Source: Gammaproteobacteria bacterium
GTDB lineage: Bacteria; Pseudomonadota; Gammaproteobacteria; Steroidobacterales; Foliamicaceae
DNA: 64,000 bases
Direction of reading: 5' to 3'
Assembly (NCBI GenBank): GCA_009845905.1
Contig: VXYS01000009.1
Coordinates: 580,325-644,324 of the forward strand
Below are positions 36,252 to 46,117 of the stretch, piece by piece. Numbering within the stretch: position 1 is the stretch's first letter; every line of letters begins with the position of its first letter. The notes under the pieces are model-generated. The model worked only from the letters and a program-made list of their open reading frames with translations, searched no databases and had not been told where the DNA came from. The translations under genes and the position numbers were made by a program.

Positions 36252-37967
36252 ATGGAACTGATGAATTTCTTCAACGCCCTGAACGCCGTGATCTGGCACA
36301 ACTGGATGCTGTACGCGGTACTGGGAACGGGTGTCCTGTTTACTATCTGGAGCGGCTTTTGCCAGTACCGCGCGCTGACCCATGGAGTCGCAATAACGCG
36401 CGGGAAATACGACGACAAGGACGATCCGGGCGCCATTTCCCATTTCCAGGCGCTTTCCGCCGCGCTGTCGGCCACGGTCGGTCTCGGCAACATCGGCGGA
36501 GTGGCCCTTGCCATCAGCCTGGGCGGACCGGGCGCGGTGTTCTGGATGTGGGTGGTGGGGCTGTTCGGAATGGCGGTCAAGCTGACCGAAGTGACGCTCA
36601 CCATGCTCTACCGCAATACGGACGATCCCGCGAACCCGCACGGCGGGCCGATGATGGTTGTGGACCAGGGGTTGCCGGCCCGGTGGCCGAAGCTGCGGCC
36701 GGCCGGCAAGGTCTTCGCGGTGATCTTCAGTATTTCCGTGGTGATATCGGCAATTACCGGGGGCAACCTGTTCCAGGCCTGGAACGTGGGCGACGTGACC
36801 GAAAGCTATTTCGGGATCCCCGCCTGGATGTGCGGTCTTGCGCTGGCGGTCGCGGCGGGTCTGGTGATCATCGGGGGAATTCAGCGCATCGGGCAGGTCG
36901 CCTCGCGCCTTGTTCCGTTCATGGTGGTGCTCTACTTCTTCGGCTGCATCGCCGTGCTGGGACTGAGTTACGAGCAGATCCCCGAATCGTTCGCTCTGAT
37001 TTTCCGCGGCGCCTTCTCGTCGCTGGAAGGCACCGGCGCCTTCATAGGCGGCACGGCCGGCGCCGCGTTCATCTTCGGGATGAAGCGCGCGCTGTTCTCG
37101 AGCGAGGCCGGCCAGGGCTCCTCGCCGATCGCGCACTCCGCGGCGCGCACCGACGAGCCGGTGCGCGAAGGCATCGTTGCCGCTCTCGAGCCGTTCATCG
37201 ACACGCTGGTGGTATGCACGCTGACCGCGCTGGTGATCCTTAGCACCGGGCAATGGCGGCGCGGTCCGGAAGCCGAGTTCCCCGCAGGCCCCGATGTCGT
37301 GGCCGCGGAAACCGCCGGCTCGTGGACCATTGCGGAAAGCGTTGCCCCAGATCGCGCGGGCGGCGACTGGGCGGGCGGCGAGTCCGTGTTCACGGTGGCC
37401 TTGGCGGACTACAACCCGGATACGGACAACAACCTGCACAAGATTTCCGGCGAGATCGAACTGGGCGCGGACGGGCTGGCCACGATTCGCTGGCATTCCA
37501 TCGAAAGCTCCGTTGCCCCGGTCCTGCGCGACAGCGGTCTGTACGTGTCCTACGAGGGCGCGACCATGACGGCCCAGGCGCTGGATTCGGCCATTCCCGG
37601 CCTCGGCAAGTGGCTGGTCAGCCTGGCCGTGTGGCTGTTCGCCTTCTCCACCATCATTTCCTGGAGCTATTACGCCGAGCAGGCGGTGTGGTTCCTGGGC
37701 GCGCGCAAGGTCGGGCTGATGGTCTACAAGATCTGCTACTGCCTGCTGGCGCTGGTCGCCACGCTCGGATGGCTGCGCACGGACGCCGAACTGGACACCG
37801 TCACCACGCTGGGGACCGGGCTGATGCTGGTCGTGAACATGCCGATCATGTGGTTGTTCGGCTGGCAGGCGATGCGCGCCTACAAGGAGTACATCCGCAG
37901 GTTCACCAGCGGGAGGATGGACCGCGGCCAGGGCGCCCCGACGCTGGAAGACCTGATCAAGGGCTAG
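36252..37967 (+). CDS. Alanine/glycine:cation symporter (AGCS family) with a large loop insertion
   Basis: ISHFQALSAALSATVGLGNIGGVALAISLGGPGAVFWMW is the AGCS signature region. 571 aa versus about 450-490 as recalled for typical members. Confidence 0.88.
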   Translation: MELMNFFNALNAVIWHNWMLYAVLGTGVLFTIWSGFCQYRALTHGVAITRGKYDDKDDPGAISHFQALSAALSATVGLGNIGGVALAISLGGPGAVFWMWVVGLFGMAVKLTEVTLTMLYRNTDDPANPHGGPMMVVDQGLPARWPKLRPAGKVFAVIFSISVVISAITGGNLFQAWNVGDVTESYFGIPAWMCGLALAVAAGLVIIGGIQRIGQVASRLVPFMVVLYFFGCIAVLGLSYEQIPESFALIFRGAFSSLEGTGAFIGGTAGAAFIFGMKRALFSSEAGQGSSPIAHSAARTDEPVREGIVAALEPFIDTLVVCTLTALVILSTGQWRRGPEAEFPAGPDVVAAETAGSWTIAESVAPDRAGGDWAGGESVFTVALADYNPDTDNNLHKISGEIELGADGLATIRWHSIESSVAPVLRDSGLYVSYEGATMTAQALDSAIPGLGKWLVSLAVWLFAFSTIISWSYYAEQAVWFLGARKVGLMVYKICYCLLALVATLGWLRTDAELDTVTTLGTGLMLVVNMPIMWLFGWQAMRAYKEYIRRFTSGRMDRGQGAPTLEDLIKG

Positions 37968-37971
37968 CAGG

Positions 37972-39162
37972 CTAGGCGCCGGCCCGGCGCGCGGCGCGCC
38001 TGAGGCTGCCGGCGCGTATGGCCACGCAGCCCAACGTCAGCACGGAGAAGGCCAGCACGCAATAGACCATGGGATAGGCCGAGTCGGTAAGGACCGATCC
38101 CACGAGCTGCATCCCCAGGGCGCCGAATGCGTGCTGCAGGGCCGCGGTGATCGCGGATGCGGTGCCGGCGTGCCGGCCGGCGCTGGTCAGCGAGCCGGCC
38201 TGCGAGTTGGGCATGAAGACGCCGGAGCCGAACGCCCAGGGCGCCATGCCGATGAACAGGACCGTCAGGCTGGCGCCGAAGACATAGAGCAGTGCGAGCA
38301 GCAGGAAGGTCGTGACGGTGGTGATCGTCATGCCCAGCATCATGGAGCCGTTCACGCCCAGCCGCGGGCCGAGCCAGATGGAACTCATACTGCCCAGGAA
38401 GTAGAAGGAGCTTAGCGCCATGGTCCACACGCCGTAGGTGGAGGCGCTGTGCCCGAGCATCGTTTCTATGACGTGCGGCGCCCCGGCGCCGAAGCAGTAG
38501 TACGCGCCCACGATCAGCCCGGTGGCGAACGAGTAGCGCAGAAAGCGCGGGTTCGCAAGCAGGGAGCGAAAGGCGCGCTTACCGCCGCCGGGGCGTGCGG
38601 CGTGAGTTTCTTCTATTCGCCAGAACAGGCCGATCAGCAGGATGAAGAAGACGGCCAGGAAAACGAAAATGCTGCGCCAGCCGAAGGAATCGGTCATGTA
38701 GCCGCTCAGTGCCGGCGCCACCATGGGCCCGATCATCATCGCCATGGTAAGAATGGCCAGCATTCGGGGCAGCCGCTTCTGGCCGAAGGCGTCTTTCAGC
38801 ATGACCCGCGCCAGCGTGATACAGCCGGCCGCGCCCAGACCCTGCATGCAGCGGCCCGCGATCAGGGTTTCGATGTTCTGGGCGAAGACGCAGACCAGGC
38901 TCCCTGCCCCCATCATCAGCAGGGCGGCGAGCAACGGCCGACGTCGGCCGAAGCGGTCCGCTAGCGGTCCGTAGATCAGGACCCCCGGGGCGATGATTAG
39001 AGTGGCCAGTGAAGTGGTGACCTGGACCATGGCGCGAGAAACCCCGAACTCGACTTCGAGCACGGGAAGGGCTGGGAAAAGAATGGTCAGCGACATCGGC
39101 CCGCTCATCGTGATGAGCGCCAGCACGAAGACCAGCATGCGTTCGGATCGCGTCAGCAGCAT
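37972..39162 (-). CDS. MFS transporter (Bcr/CflA-like)
   Basis: 396 aa, 12 TM helices, motif GPLADRFGRRRPLL. Confidence 0.85.
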   Translation of the reverse strand: MLLTRSERMLVFVLALITMSGPMSLTILFPALPVLEVEFGVSRAMVQVTTSLATLIIAPGVLIYGPLADRFGRRRPLLAALLMMGAGSLVCVFAQNIETLIAGRCMQGLGAAGCITLARVMLKDAFGQKRLPRMLAILTMAMMIGPMVAPALSGYMTDSFGWRSIFVFLAVFFILLIGLFWRIEETHAARPGGGKRAFRSLLANPRFLRYSFATGLIVGAYYCFGAGAPHVIETMLGHSASTYGVWTMALSSFYFLGSMSSIWLGPRLGVNGSMMLGMTITTVTTFLLLALLYVFGASLTVLFIGMAPWAFGSGVFMPNSQAGSLTSAGRHAGTASAITAALQHAFGALGMQLVGSVLTDSAYPMVYCVLAFSVLTLGCVAIRAGSLRRAARRAGA

Positions 39163-39210
39163 GCGGGTCAGCCGGCTTTCGACCAGCGGCCGTGCACCGG
39201 CCGTGTGGTC

Positions 39211-40182
39211 CTAGTCCAGGTACAGGGAACTGACCGATTCATCCAGGCTGATTCTGCGCATGGTTTCGGCCAGTAATTCCGCGACGCTGAGCTGGCGAAT
39301 CTTTCCGCACGCGGCGGCTTCCCCGGAAAGCGGGATGGTGTCGGTGACCACCAGTTCGGTCAGGTCCGATCCGGTGATCCGCTCCAGCGCCTTTCCGCTG
39401 AGGACAGGGTGGGTGATATAGGCGACCACTTCCTTTGCCCCTTCATCCAGCAGGCTGCTTGCCGCCTGGCAGAGGGTGCCGGCGGTATCGATCATGTCGT
39501 CGATCAGCACGCACACCTTGTCCCGCACCTCGCCGATGATGTTCATGGCTTCGGCCACATTGGGCTTGGGCCTGCGCTTGTCGATGATGGCCAGGTCGGT
39601 GTTGTCCAGCCGGCGCGCCAGCGCCCGCGCACGCACGACGCCGCCCACGTCCGGAGACACCACGACTACATCCTCGTCCAGCCGCTTCCAGGCGTCGGCC
39701 AGCAGCACCGGGGAGGCATAGACGTTGTCCACCGCAATGGAAAAGAAGCCCTGGATCTGGTCCGCGTGCAGGTCCACCGTCACCAGGTGGTCGATGCCGG
39801 ACGCGCAAACCATTTCGGCGACCGCCTTAGCCGATATCGGCGCCCGCGTGGCCCTGGAGCGGCGGTCCTGCCTGGAGTAGCCGAAGTACGGCACGACGGC
39901 CGTGATCCTGTACGCGGACGCGCGCCGGCAGGCGTCCGCGAGCAGGATAAGTTCCATCAGGTTGTCGTTGACCGGCGGACAGGTGGACTGCACGATAAAC
40001 ACGTCCCGCCCACGGATATTGTCCAGCACCTCCACGCTGATCTCGCCGTCGCTGAAACGCTGCACCTGCGCCCGGCCAAGGCGCACGCCCAGCGCCTTGG
40101 CTATCGCTTCGGCAAGTGATGGCGTGGCGTTGCCGGAAAGAATCGTGATTCGTGGAAGCTCTACGCTACGTTGTTCCGCCAT
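39211..40182 (-). CDS. prs: Ribose-phosphate pyrophosphokinase
   Basis: [11 protein letters not shown] and the PRPP-binding loop [15 protein letters not shown]; 323 aa. Confidence 0.95.
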   Translation of the reverse strand: MAEQRSVELPRITILSGNATPSLAEAIAKALGVRLGRAQVQRFSDGEISVEVLDNIRGRDVFIVQSTCPPVNDNLMELILLADACRRASAYRITAVVPYFGYSRQDRRSRATRAPISAKAVAEMVCASGIDHLVTVDLHADQIQGFFSIAVDNVYASPVLLADAWKRLDEDVVVVSPDVGGVVRARALARRLDNTDLAIIDKRRPKPNVAEAMNIIGEVRDKVCVLIDDMIDTAGTLCQAASSLLDEGAKEVVAYITHPVLSGKALERITGSDLTELVVTDTIPLSGEAAACGKIRQLSVAELLAETMRRISLDESVSSLYLD

Positions 40183-40211
40183 GAAGAATCTCGCGGTGAC
40201 TGTTCCCGGGT

Positions 40212-40286
40212 TGGCTGGGGCGGCAGGATTCGAACCTGCGAATCACGGGATCAAAACCCGTTGCCTTACCACTTGGCTACGCCCCA
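40212..40286 (-). tRNA. tRNA-Gln (UUG)
   Basis: Reverse complement TGGGGCGTAGCCAAGTGGTAAGGCAACGGGTTTTGATCCCGTGATTCGCAGGTTCGAATCCTGCCGCCCCAGCCA folds into a cloverleaf. Acceptor 7 bp, anticodon stem ACGGG/CCCGT, loop TTTTGAT, encoded CCA. Confidence 0.92.
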
Positions 40287-40326
40287 ATGCGCCAAGACAG
40301 TTATTGTCTTGCCGCCCGCCCGCGGC

Positions 40327-40386
40327 TGTCAATGTCATGCATTGACTGTCATGCATTGACTGTCATGCAGTCGATGCATGCATCGA
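40327..40386. repeat. 14-bp tandem repeats plus 16-bp perfect palindrome upstream of tRNA-Gln
   Basis: tgtcatgcattgac at 40333-40346 and 40347-40360, a degenerate copy at 40361-40374 and a partial copy at 40327-40332. Palindrome tcgatgcatgcatcga at 40371-40386. Confidence 0.8.
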
Positions 40387-40447
40387 CGTCGCGCATCGAT
40401 TGCGCCGCCTGTGATACATTCTCGGCGCGACGGAGGCAAGCAGTCTG

Positions 40448-41020
40448 GTGATTGGAAAGAGCGCTGGAAACAAGTGGCGCACCTGCGCCGGGCTGGCCCT
40501 GCTTGCAAGCCTGATCCTGGCCGTTCCCGCGCGGTCCCAGGTCACGGTGGATGCATACCGCGACTATTTCCTCTACGGCCGGTTCGGCGAAGTGTGCACG
40601 ATGTGCGAAGTCGCCGTCCTGTGTCAGGCGGGCGAGAGTCCGCCGCGGGACGACCTCGTGCCGCCCGGGGGAGATTTCACGCTGTATCACATACAGAAGC
40701 GCACTTTCTGGTCGCAGATGTCAACCATCTGGGAGTGGTTTATTTCCAATGTCTCGCAGGATGCCCTCGCGGCCCGCGGGCATACCCGGCCGGTGCATGT
40801 GTATCGCGTAACGGGAGGATCGTGGTCCCCCAGGGAGATTGTCGAAGCCCGGCTGGTGCTCAATCCCGGCGTGCTTGAGTTCGGCGATCGCAACATCGAC
40901 CGCGTTACCCGCGCCTGGATCGGCGCGGATACGGATGCCGGTCCCGGCTTTTGCTCGCGCCTCCCCCTGTGGGATGCGCTGGAGAGTATCGAGGCCAGCG
41001 CGCCGGAGGCCGGGCGGTGA
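40448..41020 (+). CDS. Secreted hypothetical protein
   Basis: GTG start; signal-like WRTCAGLALLASLILAVPARSQ. 190 aa, no recognised family. The stop overlaps the next start (GTGA 41017-41020). Confidence 0.5.
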   Translation: MIGKSAGNKWRTCAGLALLASLILAVPARSQVTVDAYRDYFLYGRFGEVCTMCEVAVLCQAGESPPRDDLVPPGGDFTLYHIQKRTFWSQMSTIWEWFISNVSQDALAARGHTRPVHVYRVTGGSWSPREIVEARLVLNPGVLEFGDRNIDRVTRAWIGADTDAGPGFCSRLPLWDALESIEASAPEAGR

Positions 41021-41535
41021 AACTGGCCGCCCGCGAGTTCCGCCGGGTCTGGGAGTGGACGTGGATCAAGGCCCACCCGGTGCGCTTCGGCGGCATCCTG
41101 GTCCATTTGCTGTTTCGAACCCTGTTTGCCCTCTTCTGGCTGTTTGCGGGCTTCAACAAGGTCGAGAACGACTGGATGACCAGCGATTACCTGAGAGAGG
41201 TCTTTCTGGAGCGTCTGACGGAGATGCCGCCCGATGCGTTCGCGTCCCTTTTCCTGCAGAATTTCGCGATCCCGCTGTACGTCCTGGTGGCGTGGGTGAT
41301 CACCCTCGGCGAACTCTATTCGGCCATCGGGCTGCTGCTGGGAGTGACAACGCGCATCGCCGCGGGCGTGAGCCTCTTCATCCTTTGCGGCTTTGCGGTG
41401 GGCGGATACTACGACGCGTCGCTGATTCCGTTCTTCATTCTGGTCGCCGTCTTCCTCTGGTGGCCGTCCGGCCTGTGGCTCGGAATCGACCGCCCGCTGG
41501 CGAAGCGGTATCCCGGCAGCCGCTGGTTCCGCTAG
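41017..41535 (+). CDS. DoxX-like small integral membrane protein
   Basis: 172 aa with four predicted TM helices (LFALFWLFAGFNKV, IPLYVLVAWVITLGELYSAIGLLLG, ...). Resembles DoxX/DoxD-type proteins; weak call. Confidence 0.45.
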   Translation: MKLAAREFRRVWEWTWIKAHPVRFGGILVHLLFRTLFALFWLFAGFNKVENDWMTSDYLREVFLERLTEMPPDAFASLFLQNFAIPLYVLVAWVITLGELYSAIGLLLGVTTRIAAGVSLFILCGFAVGGYYDASLIPFFILVAVFLWWPSGLWLGIDRPLAKRYPGSRWFR

Positions 41536-41655
41536 GGAGGCGGGCCTCTGGTGGCCTCTCAAGTGGAGACAATGACCGTTTCCTTCATAGGCGCCTCCAT
41601 CGTGGAAGTAACCGCTGATCCGACTTTGGCTTTGAGACAAGAATGTCGTTGCGCG

Positions 41656-43104
41656 CTACCATTTCCATATCCTGTCTCCCAGCAAACGCCCAAAAGTGAT
41701 TGCCGACATTAGTCCCATACCACCACAAAACGACTTTCCTGACGTGGCGCCCAGACCGAGGCACTCCCCGGCTGCATAGACCCCTGGAATAACAGAGCCA
41801 TCTTCTCGGATCAACTCGAGGTTTTCATTGACAGCCAAGCCGGCGAAACTGGTCAGTGACATACCATGGTGCTTGATGCCATAGAACGGTGGACAGGCAA
41901 TAGGCGCCGGCAAGTACTTGCGTCCAAAATCTTCATCCACACCTTTCCCCACGGAACGGTTATAGCGTTCGACAGTCTCCACAAGCCCAGCGGGATCCAC
42001 GCCCATTGCTTCAGCCAGTTCTTCCGGCGAATCAGCTTTCCGAAACGACTCATGATCGTTGTAAAGTGCATCCGCCTCTTCATGGGTCATGTTGGCATAG
42101 ATGCACTTGGACTCTTCGCGGGCGCGCTGATCGAAAACCACCCAGAACGTCAGATCCGGAATCTCGAGAAGGGCGTGTTCCTTCACATCGGCGCTGTCAG
42201 AATCCTCAGCCACAAAGCGCTCACCGTCCCGGTTGACGAAGATTTCCCACAAGGGCCGCGTACCCAATAGTGATGCCGCATGAATCAGTGTCACATTCGA
42301 CACGTACGACGTATCCTTCGGGTCCTTGACACGGCCGAAAGTCGGCATGAAGAAATCCTTGTATCGAACATACCCACCAATTTTTTCGCCAACCGCATGG
42401 CCCTTGCCATTTGCGTTCGGGTGGGAACCTAGAACCGGACCGCCTTTGAACAACGGGTACCCGTTGGAGTACTTGGGAAAGACATCTGCGTTGGAGTTGT
42501 ATCCACCCATGGACAATAGAACATTGGGTGCGGAGACTGTTTTCTCCTGTTCGTCTTTCGACTTGAGTTCGACCCCGGTAACCCGGCCTTCGTCCTGCCG
42601 CACCAGATCCATGACATCTGTTTCGAGCAAGAGGGTGATGCCACCGGCATGCACTTCTTTCATGAATTCAGTTCCAAGGACCTTCTGCAGCGGTCTGCCA
42701 CCACGATCAGGTCCCCAGTATGTTCGCGCAATCCTGTAGGGCTCATGCCCCTTGAAGATCACCGGCATCTCCGGCAACAACTCCAGACCGTTGTCAAGCA
42801 ACCAGTGCAATGTATCGGCGGCATTGTCCACCGCCATACGAGTCAGAGTCGGGTCGGCCGTGTTGTGAGATATGCGCATAATGTCTTCATAGTGAAGATC
42901 CGGTGTATCGTGTATGCCGCGCACGGCCTGAAGGCGCGTGCCGGCGGCACTCATCTGTCCTGTTGAACGCTGAGTGTTGCCACCGATTTCGGCGGCCGAA
43001 TCAACCGCGAGCACACGGGCGCCGCGCTTCGAGGCGAAGGTCGCCGCGGTTTGCCCGGCTGTACCGACACCACAGATGATCACATCGTAGTCAAATGGTC
43101 CCAT
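41656..43104 (-). CDS. FAD-dependent oxidoreductase (fumarate reductase/KstD flavoprotein family)
   Basis: N-terminal DVIICGVGTAGQTAA dinucleotide fold and C-terminal GVYAAGECLG motif typical of FAD_binding_2 enzymes. Confidence 0.85.
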   Translation of the reverse strand: MGPFDYDVIICGVGTAGQTAATFASKRGARVLAVDSAAEIGGNTQRSTGQMSAAGTRLQAVRGIHDTPDLHYEDIMRISHNTADPTLTRMAVDNAADTLHWLLDNGLELLPEMPVIFKGHEPYRIARTYWGPDRGGRPLQKVLGTEFMKEVHAGGITLLLETDVMDLVRQDEGRVTGVELKSKDEQEKTVSAPNVLLSMGGYNSNADVFPKYSNGYPLFKGGPVLGSHPNANGKGHAVGEKIGGYVRYKDFFMPTFGRVKDPKDTSYVSNVTLIHAASLLGTRPLWEIFVNRDGERFVAEDSDSADVKEHALLEIPDLTFWVVFDQRAREESKCIYANMTHEEADALYNDHESFRKADSPEELAEAMGVDPAGLVETVERYNRSVGKGVDEDFGRKYLPAPIACPPFYGIKHHGMSLTSFAGLAVNENLELIREDGSVIPGVYAAGECLGLGATSGKSFCGGMGLMSAITFGRLLGDRIWKW

Positions 43105-43184
43105 TAGCTCTCAATCGATCTGGCGCTGGACTATGGCAGCGATGACCAGGCCGCCCGCTATCCGCGGATTCCTGGTTCTCTCTT

Positions 43185-45074
43185 CTAGTTGTCGGGAAAC
43201 GTGCGCTGTGTCCACTCTATGATGTCCGCCAACACCTGTGGCTTCGACTCCCTCAATCCGTGGCTGCCCTGCATATACCACCGGGACTCGGCATTGCCTT
43301 TGTGTGCTGACGTGAATTCTTCGATAAACGACTTACTCATTAGTCCATCGCGCTGGCCGGCGATAGTCAAGCTGGGCCGGTCAAATTCGGCCACGCGGTC
43401 AGTATGGACAGCTCGGGAATCGGGAGCCCAGTACTCAAGATACATCCCTGCCAGTTGGTCCATCACACTTCTTAATGGTCCGAATCGCTCTTCCGAAGCC
43501 GCATAGAACTTGTGATTGATCAGATAACTGTCGCCTTCGCCCCGTGCTACTGCCGCACGGGCTTCCTCGAGAACCTGTAGATATCGCTCTTCCCCCATCC
43601 CGTCTCGGCCCCATGTGGGCATGTCCCGTGTCGGCGCCAGATAGACCATTCCGATGACACGCGAATCCTGGCTGACGCTCATGTAATTGCTGATCCAGAT
43701 ACCGCCCGCCGAGTGACCTTCCATGATGACTCGGTCATGGCCACGAGACTCCAGAAAATCCACCCACAATCCGAGATCTTCAGCTACCTCCGCCAGCCCG
43801 GTCTTTTGAATGCCTTGTGCGCCGGAAATGCGGCTCTCCGGTGCCAAGACCACATAACCCGACACCGCAAGCCGCCACCCAAGCCAGTGATTCGAGCTGT
43901 GCACAATGTCACCCGTCCAACCGTGCTGCAGCAGGAAAACGGGTTTGTCAGGATCGGCACCTGCAGCGGGCGTGTACAGAATTCCCGGGTGATATCGGCC
44001 ATTACCCATGGCCACATCCACGACTTCGGTGACTATTCGCGACTTTGGCGCAAGCTCAAGGTCACTCAGCCACAATGTCACGTCATCAGAAACCTGATCC
44101 CACACTCCTTCAAAGAAGCGATTGGTGTCTTTGTACCAGCGATAGTCGACCCTGGAACTGGCTGTGGCCGATTGGGCTAACGCCTCCAGTCGCCCGGCCG
44201 GCACCGTAGGATCATTGATCCCGGACAACAGTAGTATCGGCATCTTGATTTTCGGAAGCCAATCCGACGTTCTGGTCTTGGCCTCGGGACCCCAAAAACT
44301 CAGAAAAGCCTCGGCCGTCTGAATCACTCCGTCAGCAACGTAGATCCACTCGTCAGGTGCCAGGCCCTTTTGCATGTCCGGATCTGCACTTCTGTCTGCA
44401 CCGCCGCGGCCCGCGGCAACCGCCCTTTGCGCACGCACCAACTTTTGATCGTAGTCCTGGACCAACCCCGTCGCTTCAACAACAGAGCCTTCGCCGTGCA
44501 AGTCGGACGGCGAGAAGTTCACTACCGCTTTGACGCGAGGATCTTGAGTTGAAGCTTGATACCAGGTCACCCTGGACGCCCCCAGACCGTGGCCCGCCAG
44601 AATCAGCTCTTGAATTCCTCGAGAATTGAGGAAATCGAGGCCGGTCTGAATATCCAATGCTGTTTCTTCAAACTTCACCGTTCGATAGTGCCTGGCGTGG
44701 CGCGAGTAGATGCTGAGAACCGTGTAGCCCTCCGCGGCCAGACGTTCTGCGGCAAAGCGGGCCGGACCGGTCGATCGGGCGGGATGCCCACCCAGTCCAT
44801 CGTGGTGAATCAAGATGCCCGGACTGTACTGATTGATACCGTCGTCGGGATAGAACAGCATGGCCATCAGCGGCTCCGCCGATTGACCCAAGTCTCGCAG
44901 GAGCTTCGCATATTGACCGGACACAACCGTCGGTATGGATAGGATTTCCACTTTCACGCCCGAGGTACGAGGTACCAAACCGGTCGCCTCCGGCGTCCCG
45001 ACTTCTTGTGCATGCCCCATTGGGCCCAAAACAAACCACGCAATCCCAACAACTATCAACGAAGCCCTTCTCAT
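43185..45074 (-). CDS. Secreted tandem-domain alpha/beta hydrolase (domain 1 lacks nucleophile, domain 2 GHSAG)
   Basis: ATG 45074 preceded by ggaggtg. Signal peptide MRRASLIVVGIAWFVLGPMGHAQ. Elbow 1 is AGHGLGAS (44580-44594) and elbow 2 is EGHSAGG (43695-43724). Confidence 0.8.
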   Translation of the reverse strand: MRRASLIVVGIAWFVLGPMGHAQEVGTPEATGLVPRTSGVKVEILSIPTVVSGQYAKLLRDLGQSAEPLMAMLFYPDDGINQYSPGILIHHDGLGGHPARSTGPARFAAERLAAEGYTVLSIYSRHARHYRTVKFEETALDIQTGLDFLNSRGIQELILAGHGLGASRVTWYQASTQDPRVKAVVNFSPSDLHGEGSVVEATGLVQDYDQKLVRAQRAVAAGRGGADRSADPDMQKGLAPDEWIYVADGVIQTAEAFLSFWGPEAKTRTSDWLPKIKMPILLLSGINDPTVPAGRLEALAQSATASSRVDYRWYKDTNRFFEGVWDQVSDDVTLWLSDLELAPKSRIVTEVVDVAMGNGRYHPGILYTPAAGADPDKPVFLLQHGWTGDIVHSSNHWLGWRLAVSGYVVLAPESRISGAQGIQKTGLAEVAEDLGLWVDFLESRGHDRVIMEGHSAGGIWISNYMSVSQDSRVIGMVYLAPTRDMPTWGRDGMGEERYLQVLEEARAAVARGEGDSYLINHKFYAASEERFGPLRSVMDQLAGMYLEYWAPDSRAVHTDRVAEFDRPSLTIAGQRDGLMSKSFIEEFTSAHKGNAESRWYMQGSHGLRESKPQVLADIIEWTQRTFPDN

Positions 45075-45400
45075 GGCACCTCCGATTGATTCAATAACTC
45101 GAACCACTCCAATCTCTTCAATGCGGCGTCAACTACGCCACCACGTTAATTTCGTGAAATCCTTTGTGCGCGGCGAAACAACCACCTCCCGCTCGATGCG
45201 ACTCGCCATTGGCATCGGCCAAATCATAGACCAAAACGTTTGCGCCAGCCTGAAACTCGACACGTAGAGCGATAACCCGTACGCTCGACGGCTTGTGCGA
45301 GAGACACGTACCGAGTTACGCGACCTGTTCGCAGATTTTGGTGCTGTCGCCAGTCAATAGGGACGCTACTACCCCTTCCGCGATACATTGAGAGCCAGGC

Positions 45401-46117
45401 ATGAGACTTTTCTATTCGCCGTTCCACAGTTTCGTGCACAAGACTCTGGTCGTTGCGCACGAGGCGGGCCTTTGGGAGACACTCACCCGAGTGCCCACTT
45501 TTCCATTCCGCGACCTCAATGGACGATTCGTCACCGGTCAGTACGACATGAGCGAACTCGCTCCGCTGGGGAAGGTGCCTTGTTTGGCGCTGGAGGACGG
45601 TAGCGTCCTGTACGGCAGTCAAACCATTGTCGAATTTCTCGACGCGCAACGCGTCACGAACAGGCTTTATCCCCCGGACGGAGCGAAGCGTTGGGATGCG
45701 CTGCGTCGCCTTGCGCTCGGCGACACGCTGTTCGAATGCGCCGTGCAACTGAGCATGGAAGCGTGGTTACCGGAAGAAGCACGTCGCCGAACACTGTACG
45801 AATGGGTGTGGCCCAAGATCGTAGCGACATTGGACGATGCCGATCGTTGGGCGGCAACAAACCCGGACTTCGATATCGGTTCGGCCGGCTTGCTGCAAGG
45901 TGTCAGTTACCTTGGCGAAGAAGGAAGCGCCGAAGACCTCTTGCACCCGAGGTACCGGTGGCGCGACGGACGACCTGCGCTGAGCGATTGGTACGACGTG
46001 GTCATCCAACGCCCATCGGTGCAAACACACTTGAATGTCGATTATGACGGCGACATGTCACCGGAGAACCACCAACGCCATGTCCAGGCCGTACTCGACA
46101 TAAGGAAAAAACGGTAG
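45401..46117 (+). CDS. Glutathione S-transferase family protein
   Basis: Thioredoxin-like N-domain MRLFYSPFHSFVHK...LGKVPCLALEDGSVLYGSQTIVEFLD and a helical C-domain. Confidence 0.8.
   Translation: MRLFYSPFHSFVHKTLVVAHEAGLWETLTRVPTFPFRDLNGRFVTGQYDMSELAPLGKVPCLALEDGSVLYGSQTIVEFLDAQRVTNRLYPPDGAKRWDALRRLALGDTLFECAVQLSMEAWLPEEARRRTLYEWVWPKIVATLDDADRWAATNPDFDIGSAGLLQGVSYLGEEGSAEDLLHPRYRWRDGRPALSDWYDVVIQRPSVQTHLNVDYDGDMSPENHQRHVQAVLDIRKKR

Noticed and set aside
40327-40386. Tandem repeats considered as a mini-CRISPR array.
   Set aside because: The 14-bp units are contiguous with no spacers, are far shorter than CRISPR repeats, and no cas genes are present.
40212-40447. tRNA-Gln considered as a second island insertion site.
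   Set aside because: Sequence on both sides of tRNA-Gln (prs on one side, the 40448-41535 genes on the other) has host-like GC. No repeat of the tRNA end was seen.
45108-45400. The 293-bp divergent spacer in the island, and ORFs 44935-45267 (+) and 45224-45748 (-), considered as a hidden regulator or integrase remnant.
   Set aside because: The translations show no HTH, recombinase or other motifs, and both ORFs overlap well-supported genes. The spacer most likely holds the divergent promoters only.
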